NCBI GenBank assembly: GCA_963840035.1
Contig: CAWIXE010000002.1
Location: 1,280,001-1,344,000 of the forward strand
DNA: 64,000 nt
Direction of reading: 5' to 3'
DNA from: a candidate division FCPU426 bacterium
GTDB taxonomy: Bacteria; Oederibacteriota; PGYV01; Palsa-1178
A program made the translations under genes and the position numbers. The notes beneath the pieces were generated by a model, which made no database searches, had not been told where the DNA came from, and saw only the letters and a list, made by a program, of their open reading frames with translations. Positions 47,776 to 57,570 of this stretch are shown here, one piece after another. Position 1 is the stretch's first letter; each line of letters starts with the position of its first letter.

Positions 47776-48750
47776 CTATAGTGAGAATATTTTATTCATA
47801 TTGTAGGCGTATGCGTCTATCTTTCTTTCCTTGCCGATGACGTCCTTCATGTCATGGCAGACCAAACCGCCGTATTGCATGCCAACCATCCGGCTCTGCC
47901 CTTTTTTAAGTTTTATAAGTTCCTTTACAGCAGAATAACCGAAGGTAAGCCCCAGTTTTCTGGATACCGCAGTCGGCGTCCCGCCCCTCTGTATATAGCC
48001 AAGAACGGTATACCTTGTTTCCATGCCCGTGGCCTTTTCAATTTTTTTGGCGAACTCGGATGAAAGCCCCACGCCTTCAGCCATAACTATTATGCAGCTG
48101 TTTTTGCCCCTTGCGATGCCATGATTGAGCGTTTTCGTGATACTCTTCATCGTAATGTCTTTTTTAAATTCAGGTATAAGAATCAGCTCCGCGCCGCCGG
48201 TCAAACCCACTTCAAGAGCCAGAAAGCCATGCTCCCTGCCCATGACTTCAACTATAAAAATACGCTCATGCGAAGCTGCCGTATCCCTGATCTTGTCTAT
48301 GGCATCAAGGCCGACATTTATCGCCGTGTCAAAACCTATTGTGTAATCAGTCCCATAAACATCATTGTCAATAGACGCCGGTATGAATGCCGAAGGTATC
48401 CCTGTTTCTTTTGTAATTGTATATAACCCAACCCGGGACCCGTCCCCGCCTATCGAGATAAGGCCGTCTATACCCCTGTCTTTCAGGTAGTCATACGCGA
48501 TCATCCTGACCTGTTTTTTATGGAAATCCTTTGACCTTACTGTCTGGAGTATTGTTCCTCCCCTGTTTATGATTCCTCCGACGCTCTTTAAATCCATGGG
48601 TATAAACTGGTTATGCAGCAGCCCGTGAAGGCCCTCTTCTATTCCGAATACTTCCAGGCCGTTTCCAATGGCAGTTCTGACGACCGCCCTGATGGCCGCG
48701 TTCATGCCGCAGGCATCGCCTCCGGTAGTCATTACAGCTATGCGTTTCAT
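47776..48750 (-). CDS. pfkA: 6-phosphofructokinase (probably ATP-dependent)
   Basis: GGDACGMNAAIRAVVR, GGTIL, IGGDGS, IDND, TIGFDTA, VEVMGR, LGYIQRGG. Confidence 0.93.
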   Translation of the reverse strand: MKRIAVMTTGGDACGMNAAIRAVVRTAIGNGLEVFGIEEGLHGLLHNQFIPMDLKSVGGIINRGGTILQTVRSKDFHKKQVRMIAYDYLKDRGIDGLISIGGDGSRVGLYTITKETGIPSAFIPASIDNDVYGTDYTIGFDTAINVGLDAIDKIRDTAASHERIFIVEVMGREHGFLALEVGLTGGAELILIPEFKKDITMKSITKTLNHGIARGKNSCIIVMAEGVGLSSEFAKKIEKATGMETRYTVLGYIQRGGTPTAVSRKLGLTFGYSAVKELIKLKKGQSRMVGMQYGGLVCHDMKDVIGKERKIDAYAYNMNKIFSL

Positions 48751-48783
48751 AAAATCTCCTTTCATATTTAAACAAAATTACCC

Positions 48784-48813
48784 CGTAAGGACGGGGTTAA
48801 CCCCGTCTCCACG
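48784..48813. repeat. REP-like palindrome (variant flanks)
   Basis: cgtaaggacggggttaaccccgtctccacg. Confidence 0.6.
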
Positions 48814-48920
48814 CAGGCATTAAATTAATTTACAGGCAGAAATATTGCGTCATCTTATTGGACTTGCAAAAGGGGTTATTCAATTACAAATTAATATCGA
48901 CAATTGTCAATTGACAATTC

Positions 48921-49505
48921 CTAAATAGTCAAATGCTTGTTCTTTATCCACTTCCATATTTTTACCCGGAGCTGCTCGTCGTCCCTGGTCTCCCAGTACG
49001 ACGACGTATCCATGACTTCCAGGTCCTTGACATACCTTTTCTTGACATAATCAAGGAGTTTAACCACCTGGACGTGGTGCTCAAAATCCGCCGTTATGGT
49101 CTTAACAAAGGGGAAATACATGAATTCGTATTTTTTAACGCTGATTTTTTTAGTAAGGCCGGGCGCGTTGCTTGAGGTAAATATTATTGTGGAAAGCCTG
49201 CCGTTCCTGTCAAAAGTAAGTTTTACCGGTTCTTTATCCGGGGAAGGCTTGATTATGACTCCTTCAAGGTATACTTCGGAGCTGGAAAGCGCGAGGATTC
49301 CTTCTTCATCAGCCGACCCTTCGGTTCCATCGCCCGCAGCCGCTGTATCCGCCGTGATGTGCGTCCTTGCTGTCATTGACTGGAAATTTTCCTTTACAAT
49401 CTCATAACCCCAGCCGTTTATCCTGCAGATGTCGACAAACTCCTCAACAAGCTGGCTGATGGATTCTTTTCCCGCTATGGTCCCGTTATATTTTATATAT
49501 ATCAT
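48921..49505 (-). CDS. Hypothetical protein
   Basis: 194-aa ORF directly downstream of the Ton/PorV operon; no family recognised. Confidence 0.7.
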   Translation of the reverse strand: MIYIKYNGTIAGKESISQLVEEFVDICRINGWGYEIVKENFQSMTARTHITADTAAAGDGTEGSADEEGILALSSSEVYLEGVIIKPSPDKEPVKLTFDRNGRLSTIIFTSSNAPGLTKKISVKKYEFMYFPFVKTITADFEHHVQVVKLLDYVKKRYVKDLEVMDTSSYWETRDDEQLRVKIWKWIKNKHLTI

Positions 49506-49527
49506 TTTTCGCCTTTTTTTAGCTGAA

Positions 49528-50442
49528 TCAGCCGTTTATAATAAATACTATCCTGTAATTTTTCGGAAGGCTGTTGTCTATAAGCGCGTCCATCTTAAAA
49601 AATTCCTTCGGCACCTTAAGGTCGGCTTCAAAATACTTCTGGAACGTCCTTATCTGGTCCGCGGATATGCCCGCGTCCTCCGAGAATACCTGAATATTGA
49701 CCGGGAACCTGTTGTTCATTTTCATGAAGTCCTCTATCTCCTGCAGTATGGCCTTACCCGCGTCGGTAAGCCTTTCCTTTCTCTTCTCTTCAAACATGGA
49801 CTTGGATGAAACCTCTATTACCAGTTTACCGTCCCTGCGGTACTTTATGCCGTTTACTTCCTTGGGGGTTTCCCTGCGGACATTGCCGATATTTCCGGCT
49901 TTATCCTGATATGAAAGCAGGTACCAGTACGGCGACCCCATCTTAAGCATGCGGCCTTCCTTATCAAGCCCGTCCCACTTTATCTCCTGCGGCAGGTTCC
50001 CGTCGCCTTTCTGAAAATATACGGTTCCTCCCGTGGAATCTGTCACTTTAAAGGTCCATTTGTCCAGGTTAAAACCCGCCGGCATCTTGGGTGATATCTT
50101 AAACACAGGCGGTGATTCAAGAAAGCTCAAAGCAGGGTGATAATCAACCCTTTTTTCCGACATTGTATCCGGAAGGCTGGCCTTAACATCCTTTACATCT
50201 TCCGGTGAAATATTAAGAAAGGTTTCTTCTGTTGAAATTATACTCTGCGCTACTTCGTTCGCGTCTGTCTGTATTTCAATCTCGGGTTTTTCAGTCTCAA
50301 TTTTAATCTTAAGCTGGCCTTTTACCACGACTTCCTGTGAGGAGTCGCCCTGTCCCGCGGCAGGCTTATCCTCGCAAAATACCGCAGTTGTAAAAACAAA
50401 TAGAGATGCCGCTACCGCAGCCGAAATCAAATACTTTTTCAT
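49528..50442 (-). CDS. Exported protein: TonB-box-like N-terminus, FlgD-like Ig domain, degenerate OmpA-like C-terminus
   Basis: Signal peptide; QEVVVKG; WTFKVTD...IKWDGLDKEG...YQDKAGN; C-terminal MFE...LTDAGKAILQEI...NYRIVFII. Confidence 0.6.
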   Translation of the reverse strand: MKKYLISAAVAASLFVFTTAVFCEDKPAAGQGDSSQEVVVKGQLKIKIETEKPEIEIQTDANEVAQSIISTEETFLNISPEDVKDVKASLPDTMSEKRVDYHPALSFLESPPVFKISPKMPAGFNLDKWTFKVTDSTGGTVYFQKGDGNLPQEIKWDGLDKEGRMLKMGSPYWYLLSYQDKAGNIGNVRRETPKEVNGIKYRRDGKLVIEVSSKSMFEEKRKERLTDAGKAILQEIEDFMKMNNRFPVNIQVFSEDAGISADQIRTFQKYFEADLKVPKEFFKMDALIDNSLPKNYRIVFIING

Positions 50443-50448
50443 ATTACA

Positions 50449-51399
50449 TCACCTCGAAAGTTTATAAACAAATATAGCCGTTCCGGACTGGTCCTCTGAA
50501 CTCGATAATGGCGCGAACATGAACTGTACCAGCGCCTCTTTTGCCAGGTCATCAAGTTCCGGATACCCGGATGTTTTTTCTATATAAAGATTATCCTTAA
50601 CCGAACCGTCGGACCTTACGGTAAATGCCACGGCAACCTGGGCTTCTATGCCCTGTTCCTCGGCCCAGCGCGGATATATGGGCGAGGTCTTTCGCAGGAT
50701 CTGCCTGCCTGAAAGCTGGCCTGTAATAAGCAGGGCTGTGCCTTTTTCCTTTTTAATAACTATGTTTTCCTCAGCCTGCCTTTTAGGTTCCGGCGTCGGT
50801 TTTTCCAGCTTTGGGGCCATGGTCTTTAATCCGCTTCCGCCTTTTGCCATGGCGTCAGCGGATATGGCCGGCCTGTTTACAGGAAGGAAGCTGTTTGTCT
50901 TCGGCGCGTTAGCTGAAAGGTTTAACTTTGAAGGCCCCGCCGCCAGTTTCTTTTCATTATCAAGGGCCAGTTTCTGCTGTTCTATCATAGCCGGCGATAT
51001 CTTTTTCTTGCCTATTTCATTGTCAAGGTCCAGCGTTTTCATGTTTGGCTTTAAGGCGTCAAGCTTTGTCTTGTCAAGCGACAGGGCCTGGGGTTTTTTC
51101 AGGTCCATCTCCGGCTTTTTAAGGTCAAGCGCTTTGGGCTTGGCAAGTTCCAGCTGCTGGTTCTGCTTGATGGGTATAAGCTGCTTGAACATATCAAACA
51201 TTTTTTTCGGTTTTTCAAGTTCCATCGGCTTTTGCTCGTCCGGGATCTCCTCAAGCATGGTTATCTCGGTTAACTTGTAATCCTCCATCTTCTGCTTGTG
51301 CTGATAGCTTAAGAAAAGGAGGAATATGGCAACTTCGATGGTTATTGCGAAAAGGAACGAACCTGTTAACCCTTTTCTGTCAAAATCGCTTGCGAACAT
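50449..51399 (-). CDS. tonB: TonB-family energy transducer
   Basis: N-terminal TM, Lys/Pro-rich linker, C-terminal PIYPRWAEEQGIEAQVAVAFTVRSDGSV...TSGYPELDDLA. Confidence 0.85.
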   Translation of the reverse strand: MFASDFDRKGLTGSFLFAITIEVAIFLLFLSYQHKQKMEDYKLTEITMLEEIPDEQKPMELEKPKKMFDMFKQLIPIKQNQQLELAKPKALDLKKPEMDLKKPQALSLDKTKLDALKPNMKTLDLDNEIGKKKISPAMIEQQKLALDNEKKLAAGPSKLNLSANAPKTNSFLPVNRPAISADAMAKGGSGLKTMAPKLEKPTPEPKRQAEENIVIKKEKGTALLITGQLSGRQILRKTSPIYPRWAEEQGIEAQVAVAFTVRSDGSVKDNLYIEKTSGYPELDDLAKEALVQFMFAPLSSSEDQSGTAIFVYKLSR

Positions 51400-51418
51400 A
51401 TTTTAGTCTCCTTTTTAT

Positions 51419-51844
51419 TTATTTCATATTCTTTTTTGTCATAGTGGCAAAATATATCTTTTTGGGTTTTGCCTTCTTAATAACGTCCATAGCGTCGAGG
51501 ACCACGCCTTCCTGCACTCCCTCGTCCGCCTTTATGATGACCACGTGTTCCTCGGTCTTGACCAATTTCGTGGCCACCCACTGCTGAAGTTCCTTGTCGT
51601 TGCTAACTTCCTTTTCATTAACGGACATCTTTCCGTCCTTATCTATGGTTACCGTAACATGCTCTTCGTTTTTCGTCTCGTCCGTCATAGCCTTGGGCAG
51701 CGTCACCTCAAGCTTTGACTGTGTCATAAACGGGGTTGTTACCATGAATATGATAACAAGCACCAGCGAAACGTCCACAAGCGGTGTTACATTAATGTCT
51801 GTTATCGGCTCGTCTTCCCCGCCGCCTCCGGCTTTCATTGACAT
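51419..51844 (-). CDS. exbD: ExbD/TolR family protein (copy 2)
   Basis: DINVTPLVDVSLVLVIIFMVT, VTLPKA, IIKADEGV. Confidence 0.9.
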   Translation of the reverse strand: MSMKAGGGGEDEPITDINVTPLVDVSLVLVIIFMVTTPFMTQSKLEVTLPKAMTDETKNEEHVTVTIDKDGKMSVNEKEVSNDKELQQWVATKLVKTEEHVVIIKADEGVQEGVVLDAMDVIKKAKPKKIYFATMTKKNMK

Positions 51845-51862
51845 ATGGCCTTCCTCCTGATG

Positions 51863-52285
51863 TTATTCTTCAGCTTTTTGTACTTTATCCTGCCTCATGA
51901 TAGAAAGTGTCTTTGCTCCCGCCATTTTCGCGGTATCAAGGACCCAGACAAGCCTGCCGTGCGTGGCATCCCTGTCGGATGTTACCATGCAAAGCTTCTT
52001 TTTATTGGCGGCCATGGCCGACTTTAAAGCCTCAATCTCTGTCCCGGCCTGGACCTTTTTATTGTTTATAAAAAGGGCGTTCGCCGTTATCCTCACCTGT
52101 ACGGCTTCGTCTTTTGTCGACTTTCCGACAGACTCGGTTACCTTGGATGAGTTTACTATAATACCCGACTGCACGACCATCGGCGCCGTTACCATGAATA
52201 TGATAACCAGCACGAGCGATATGTCGACGAGCGGGGTGACGTTAATGTCTGTTATTGCTGATTCTTCATCCGCGCTTCCTGCCAC
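51863..52285 (-). CDS. exbD: ExbD/TolR family protein (copy 1)
   Basis: GTG start at 52285 after GGGAGG; DINVTPLVDISLVLVIIFMVTAP, SDRDATHG. Confidence 0.88.
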   Translation of the reverse strand: MAGSADEESAITDINVTPLVDISLVLVIIFMVTAPMVVQSGIIVNSSKVTESVGKSTKDEAVQVRITANALFINNKKVQAGTEIEALKSAMAANKKKLCMVTSDRDATHGRLVWVLDTAKMAGAKTLSIMRQDKVQKAEE

Positions 52286-52919
52286 TTGCGCCCTCCCCGT
52301 AATTTGCCAGAAGAACCAGCAGTTTTTTTGAAACCGCGTCCATCTCAACCGATATGGTCTTTACTTTTTTCATATATATATTAAAAATAATAACCGCCGG
52401 AATGGCGACCGCAAGGCCCGCAGCCGTGGCAATCAGGGCTTCCGCGATGCCGACCATGACAACTTCAGGGCCGCCGCCTGCTGACGACGCGAGGTCCTTA
52501 AACGCCTTGATGATACCCAGAACGGTTCCGAGCAGCCCGATGAACGGCGATGTGTTTCCGAGCGTTCCCAGGATGTCTAAGTACCTGTCCAGGTTAAGCC
52601 TTTCTTCCATCCTTTTGGCTTCCATTAACTTGTCATTTTCTTCCCTGGGGAACTGCCTGTTTTCCAGGCCGAAGCGCACCACTGCGGCCACGTTTCCCTT
52701 AAACGTCTTGCAGTATTCGACAGCCTCTTTGTAAGCTCCGTCAACTATGAAACCCTTTATTTTCTCCATGAAAGAATCAGAGTCGAGTTTTGTCTTCTGG
52801 AAATAGATCCACCTTTCGACCGATATTGCGACAACCACGACCGAGAGCAACAACATGAGAACTATAACCCAGCTGGACCTTAGGACTTGTAATACGTCAA
52901 TTGAATAAGCATTTTCCAT
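52266..52919 (-). CDS. exbB: MotA/TolQ/ExbB proton channel
   Basis: TSPFIGLLGTVLGIIKAF, GIAEALIATAAGLAVAIPA. Confidence 0.9.
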   Translation of the reverse strand: MENAYSIDVLQVLRSSWVIVLMLLLSVVVVAISVERWIYFQKTKLDSDSFMEKIKGFIVDGAYKEAVEYCKTFKGNVAAVVRFGLENRQFPREENDKLMEAKRMEERLNLDRYLDILGTLGNTSPFIGLLGTVLGIIKAFKDLASSAGGGPEVVMVGIAEALIATAAGLAVAIPAVIIFNIYMKKVKTISVEMDAVSKKLLVLLANYGEGASGRKRG

Positions 52920-52954
52920 TCTGTAAGTTCCTCCTTCAAGTTTAGTATATTTTT

Positions 52955-55900
52955 TTACTTGCTTTTTTCTTCCTTTTTATCGTCTGTATTCTTCGCCGGC
53001 GCCTTAAATAGGTCCGGATACGCGCTCTTTATCTCCTCTTTCCTTGCCGCGGCCGCTGTCACATACTCTTTCTGGCCACCACTTACAGCCACTTCTTCAT
53101 ATGCCGCGACAGCGCCCTTCCAGTCAGACTTTCCCTCACAAATGGTCGCGAGGTTAATCAGCCCGGATACCCTGAATATGGAATCCTTGGGCTGGGCTTT
53201 GAACAGCTGTGTTAATGTCTGTATTGCCATTTCAGGATTTTCCAGGGTGGTGTATATGTCGCCTGCCCTGTACATGGCCTCGGTTTTAATCGCGTCATTG
53301 GCCCCATTTACCGCCAGCGCCGCGTATTCAGCGAGGGCGTCCTTATATCTTTTGGCCTCCAGGTACATACCCGCTATCTGGAGCGCTATGTCATTTGACT
53401 TTGGGTCCTTGGGAAATGTCTTTGCAAAAAGTTTATATACCCGGATGGCTTCATCCTGCTTGCCTGATTCCCCGTATGCCAGGGCCAGGTTATACATGGC
53501 GTTTGTTTCGTATTCCGTTCCCGGATACTGCTGGATAATCCTCTCATAATAGAATATCGCGTCAGGATAACTCTTGGACATGTAGGCCGCCGTCGCCAGC
53601 CTGAAAGTCACGTCTGAAGCAAGTTCGTGTTTGGGGTAATTTTTAATAAAAGCCTTGTACGCGGCAACCGCTTCCGCCATCTGCTGAAGGCCTTCGTAAC
53701 AGGCGCCCACATAGTAATGCGCGTTTACTGCCATGGTGTCGTTCGGGAACTGCTCTATGAGCTTATTGAACGCGTCGATTGATTCCTTATACTTATTTTC
53801 GGTGTAATAGGTCTCGGCGGCCTTATACAGCGCGTTAACCGCGAGGTTGCTGTCCGGATATTTGTTATAGTACTCCAAAAGTGCTTTGGGGTCGTTGGTC
53901 TTTTCCGCCTTTTTATAAGTAGCCCTCTGCATTCCCTCTTCCACGCTTGTAACCTTATTGGAATCCGGATATTTCGTCATGAACCTTTTATAAGCGTCCA
54001 CTGCTTTTGCTTCCTGGTCCGAGTTGTAATAAACCTCGGCTATAGATAGCATGGCGTCTTCTGCCGTGTCTGTCTTCGGGTACTTGTCCAGTATTTCCTG
54101 GAATCCCGCGAGTGATTTTTCAAACTGCTGGGCTTTAAAATAAATATCAGACATCTTATAAAGCGCCTCAGCCGCCCTCTTGGACTTCGGGTACCTGCTG
54201 GCCAGGATCTGCCATGACTTTATGGCGTCATTATAAAATTCCTGCGTTTCAAAGACCCTTCCCTGCTGAAATAACGCCTCTGCCGTAGGTTCGAAATCCT
54301 TGTCCTTTTCATGGGCATACGCGAACTCGCCGTACTTGGCCGATGCCTTGTCATATTCCTTTTCACTGAAATATGAGTGGGCTATTAAAATGTCGCAGGC
54401 TTTCTTTACCTGGTCATTTGCCAGCGCGCTTGATACGACATCCTTTGCCATGGTCCTGGCACCGCGGTAGTTCTCAAGCTCATAATAGCACCATGCCAGG
54501 TTAGCCCTGGACTCAGTGACTATATCGCTGTCATAATAAACATCCACTATCTGCTGAAATGACTTTGCGGCAAGGCCGTACATGCCTGACTTAATGTAGG
54601 ATTTTCCGAGGTAATAATAAGCCCTTGCCCTGACCTTCGGGTTTGGCGCCTGGTATTTATCCGAAAGCGTGCCGAGCGTCATGGCCGCCTCATTAATAAG
54701 GAGGCTGTACTGCTGCTGGTCATAATAGCACAGCTCAATCATGAGCATGGCAGCGTCTGTCAGCCCTGAAAAGCCCACCTTATCTATTATATACTTGTAC
54801 GCCTCCACAGCCGGGCCGTATTGCTTAAGTTTGTAATCAGCCGTTCCCAGCAGGTAATATCCCAGCGGCAGGTTCTCATGTGTCACAAATTTTTCAACAA
54901 AAGACCTTAATACTCCCTGTGCCTTTTCGTACTTGCCCTGGGTCACATAGCACCAGCCGGCTTTAACCAGCCCTGAAGCATATACGTCATATATGTCCGG
55001 ATACGCAGCCATGAGTTTCTCATAAGCCGCGAGCGCCTGGTCATATTTCTTCAGCTGAAGGAAACACTCCGCGATCAGGTACTGGGCAAAAGCCTTAACC
55101 TTTTTATCCCCGGTCCCGTCCATGACCTGCTTGTATACCGCGGCTGCCGCCTCATATTTTTTGTCTTTAAATAATGCCGCGCCGCGTTTGTATATGGCGT
55201 AAGGAGCGAGGCTGCTTGTCGGGAATGTATTAATGAAGTTCAGATAATCAGCGGCAGCTACAGGATAGTTAAACGACTTGTAAAAAGCCTCTGCTTTGTT
55301 ATACATGGCGCTTTCATAATATTTTGATTTTTTCGCGTCAGCGCCCTCGCCCACATTTTTAAAGGCCTCCGCAGCCTCAGGATATTTATTCTGCTTTAAA
55401 AGGCTGTGCGCCAAATAATAATATGAGGCGTCTGATTTTAATGTTTTCAGCTTTGCCGCCGCGTCCTCGTACCTTTTCAGGTAAAAATCAATAAGGCCGC
55501 CGATGAACCTGACATTATCATCTTTGGTATAGTACGGATATTTTGCCAGAAAGTCGGAAAGCTCCCTGTCCGCCTTCTTGTAATCGGTAAGGTTCAGGTA
55601 TGAAAGCGATATGCCGTAGACTGCCTCCATTATAAAAAGGCTGTTTGTGTATTTGAAGCGGAACCTGGTCCAGTCATCAATGGCCTCGGAGTACTTGCCC
55701 ATGTTGTAATCCGCTTCGCCGAGCTTATACATGGCGCTGTCGGCAAAGGCGGTGGATGAAAAATCATCGGATAATTTCTTAAAAGTATCATAGGCCGGCG
55801 CGTATTTCTTCCCTTCATAGAGCGCCTCGCCTTTTAAGTACATAATCCTCGCCGACTCAAGCTTGCTTGTATCCTTCCACCTGGCTGTGAAGCCGTCCAT

Positions 55901-56068
55901 CTTGGCGATGGTATCATCGGCAAGCGGGGCCGCCTTATACGCGTCCAGCACAAGGTTCAGGTTCTTCTGCAGTTCCTTGTCGTCATCAGCCCTGGAATTC
56001 ACAGGCATGGTTGCGCATCCCACAAGAAAAGCCAAAAATGTCACTACCGCGAGTATTCTTTTCATCAT
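52955..56068 (-). CDS. Very long TPR lipoprotein (BamD/CpoB-type repeats)
   Basis: Lipobox LVGC; about 20 or more TPRs ending in YPxS/FPxx motifs. Confidence 0.85.
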   Translation of the reverse strand: MMKRILAVVTFLAFLVGCATMPVNSRADDDKELQKNLNLVLDAYKAAPLADDTIAKMDGFTARWKDTSKLESARIMYLKGEALYEGKKYAPAYDTFKKLSDDFSSTAFADSAMYKLGEADYNMGKYSEAIDDWTRFRFKYTNSLFIMEAVYGISLSYLNLTDYKKADRELSDFLAKYPYYTKDDNVRFIGGLIDFYLKRYEDAAAKLKTLKSDASYYYLAHSLLKQNKYPEAAEAFKNVGEGADAKKSKYYESAMYNKAEAFYKSFNYPVAAADYLNFINTFPTSSLAPYAIYKRGAALFKDKKYEAAAAVYKQVMDGTGDKKVKAFAQYLIAECFLQLKKYDQALAAYEKLMAAYPDIYDVYASGLVKAGWCYVTQGKYEKAQGVLRSFVEKFVTHENLPLGYYLLGTADYKLKQYGPAVEAYKYIIDKVGFSGLTDAAMLMIELCYYDQQQYSLLINEAAMTLGTLSDKYQAPNPKVRARAYYYLGKSYIKSGMYGLAAKSFQQIVDVYYDSDIVTESRANLAWCYYELENYRGARTMAKDVVSSALANDQVKKACDILIAHSYFSEKEYDKASAKYGEFAYAHEKDKDFEPTAEALFQQGRVFETQEFYNDAIKSWQILASRYPKSKRAAEALYKMSDIYFKAQQFEKSLAGFQEILDKYPKTDTAEDAMLSIAEVYYNSDQEAKAVDAYKRFMTKYPDSNKVTSVEEGMQRATYKKAEKTNDPKALLEYYNKYPDSNLAVNALYKAAETYYTENKYKESIDAFNKLIEQFPNDTMAVNAHYYVGACYEGLQQMAEAVAAYKAFIKNYPKHELASDVTFRLATAAYMSKSYPDAIFYYERIIQQYPGTEYETNAMYNLALAYGESGKQDEAIRVYKLFAKTFPKDPKSNDIALQIAGMYLEAKRYKDALAEYAALAVNGANDAIKTEAMYRAGDIYTTLENPEMAIQTLTQLFKAQPKDSIFRVSGLINLATICEGKSDWKGAVAAYEEVAVSGGQKEYVTAAAARKEEIKSAYPDLFKAPAKNTDDKKEEKSK

Positions 56069-56211
56069 TTATTGTCCTCACCTTTGAATGAATTTTCAAT
56101 TTTACATTTTCAATTTTCAATTAAAAAAAAGCGCCAACCGGCACTTTAATAAAGTCCCTGTTTTTCAGCCTTCAATTTAAAATTGAAAATTCAAAATTTA
56201 AAATCGTTTTA

Positions 56212-57450
56212 TTATTCTTCCAGCTTTATGGATCCCGGCGACATCGGTATGGAGCTTGATATCTTTACCGTTTCCTTGCCGGATTCAATGACCTTTTTAT
56301 TTTTATCGATTACCTTCATGACGAGCTTGTATTCCCCGTCGCCTGACGGCAGTCCCCTGTCGTCTTTTCCGTCCCAAATAATCGATGCCGGCGGATTATC
56401 ATCGCCGCTGTATGTCCTTACGACGTCGCCGTCCTCATTGAATATATTCAGTTCCCATTCATTAATAGTGTATTTTGTAACCGCGTATATTGATATGGTG
56501 GTGTTTTTCTTCATGCCAACCGGCGAGAACATGGAAGGTTCAGCCTTTAAATTAATGTCAAAACCGCCGTAGAGCAGCGTTACCGATACCCTGTGCGCTA
56601 ACCCAAGTTCCTGCATGGCAATAGAATAGTCAACCTTAACCGGCTTTAAAAAATAGCCTATACCGAAGGTGTATTCAGACTCATCAATCCCCGCCCTTAA
56701 AGCAAGGTCCTGTATGGGGAAAGCCTCAAGACCCATCCTGAACTTAAGCTCTTTTTTAGACAATTCCTGCTCAAAATCAATTACTGGTATGATCCTGTCC
56801 CCCAGGAATTTAAAAGCAATACCGCCCCTTATAATAATGGGAAAAGACTCCGATGTCTGGTTGAGTTTAACAGACGCCGGTACTGCGTTTATAACTGAAA
56901 GCCCGAAGCTGAAAAAATCCGAAGGCACAAAAAGAAATCCCACGTCAAGCCCGTATCCCATGGCATTCTTGTCATATACCGATTCGCTGATGAGTTTTAA
57001 GTTCGCTCCGGCGCTGAGCCATGACGTGATATCCCTGGCATATGAGATTATATATGCCTGGTTTGTAACCGCAAAATTGCCTGTCCCCGGAGATTCCCAT
57101 AATCCGTTACGGGGATCAAAACCCGTGGTGCGAAGGCTCACAAACGAACCCGCAAAAGTGCCTATGCCCGAGACCGGATATGTAACAGCCGCAAAATCAT
57201 ACATCGTGTCATAAAATAATACAACGTGCTGCAGTGTTACCTGCAGTGGGTTTTGCAGGGCAAGCCCGGCCGGGTTGTAATAAACAGCCGAAGGATCGTC
57301 CGCCAGTCCCGTAAATGCCCTTCCCATCCCAAGCGACCTGGCGCCGGCGCCCCAGTTTAAAAACTCTCCGGGCGTCCCGTAATCGCCTTTTGCAAAGGCA
57401 AAAGACACGGCCGTCAGCAGGGCCAGCAGTATTAAAGACACTCTTTTCAT
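56212..57450 (-). CDS. PorV/PorQ-like (FadL-fold) outer-membrane barrel with C-terminal FlgD-like Ig domain
   Basis: Signal peptide; GAGARSLGMGRAFTGLADDPSAVYYNPAGL; LALRAG, VDYS...LGLAHRVSV; then FSP...WELNI...WDGKDDRG...DGEY. GGAGG RBS precedes ATG 57450. Confidence 0.8.
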   Translation of the reverse strand: MKRVSLILLALLTAVSFAFAKGDYGTPGEFLNWGAGARSLGMGRAFTGLADDPSAVYYNPAGLALQNPLQVTLQHVVLFYDTMYDFAAVTYPVSGIGTFAGSFVSLRTTGFDPRNGLWESPGTGNFAVTNQAYIISYARDITSWLSAGANLKLISESVYDKNAMGYGLDVGFLFVPSDFFSFGLSVINAVPASVKLNQTSESFPIIIRGGIAFKFLGDRIIPVIDFEQELSKKELKFRMGLEAFPIQDLALRAGIDESEYTFGIGYFLKPVKVDYSIAMQELGLAHRVSVTLLYGGFDINLKAEPSMFSPVGMKKNTTISIYAVTKYTINEWELNIFNEDGDVVRTYSGDDNPPASIIWDGKDDRGLPSGDGEYKLVMKVIDKNKKVIESGKETVKISSSIPMSPGSIKLEE

Positions 57451-57570
57451 AAATACCTCCGAATTAATTTTATATTTTACATTTTCAATTTTCAATTAAA
57501 AACACAAGCAAGCATGTTACATCCACGCCTGTCGCAATGAATCGAAAATTTAAAATTAAAAATTCAAAAT

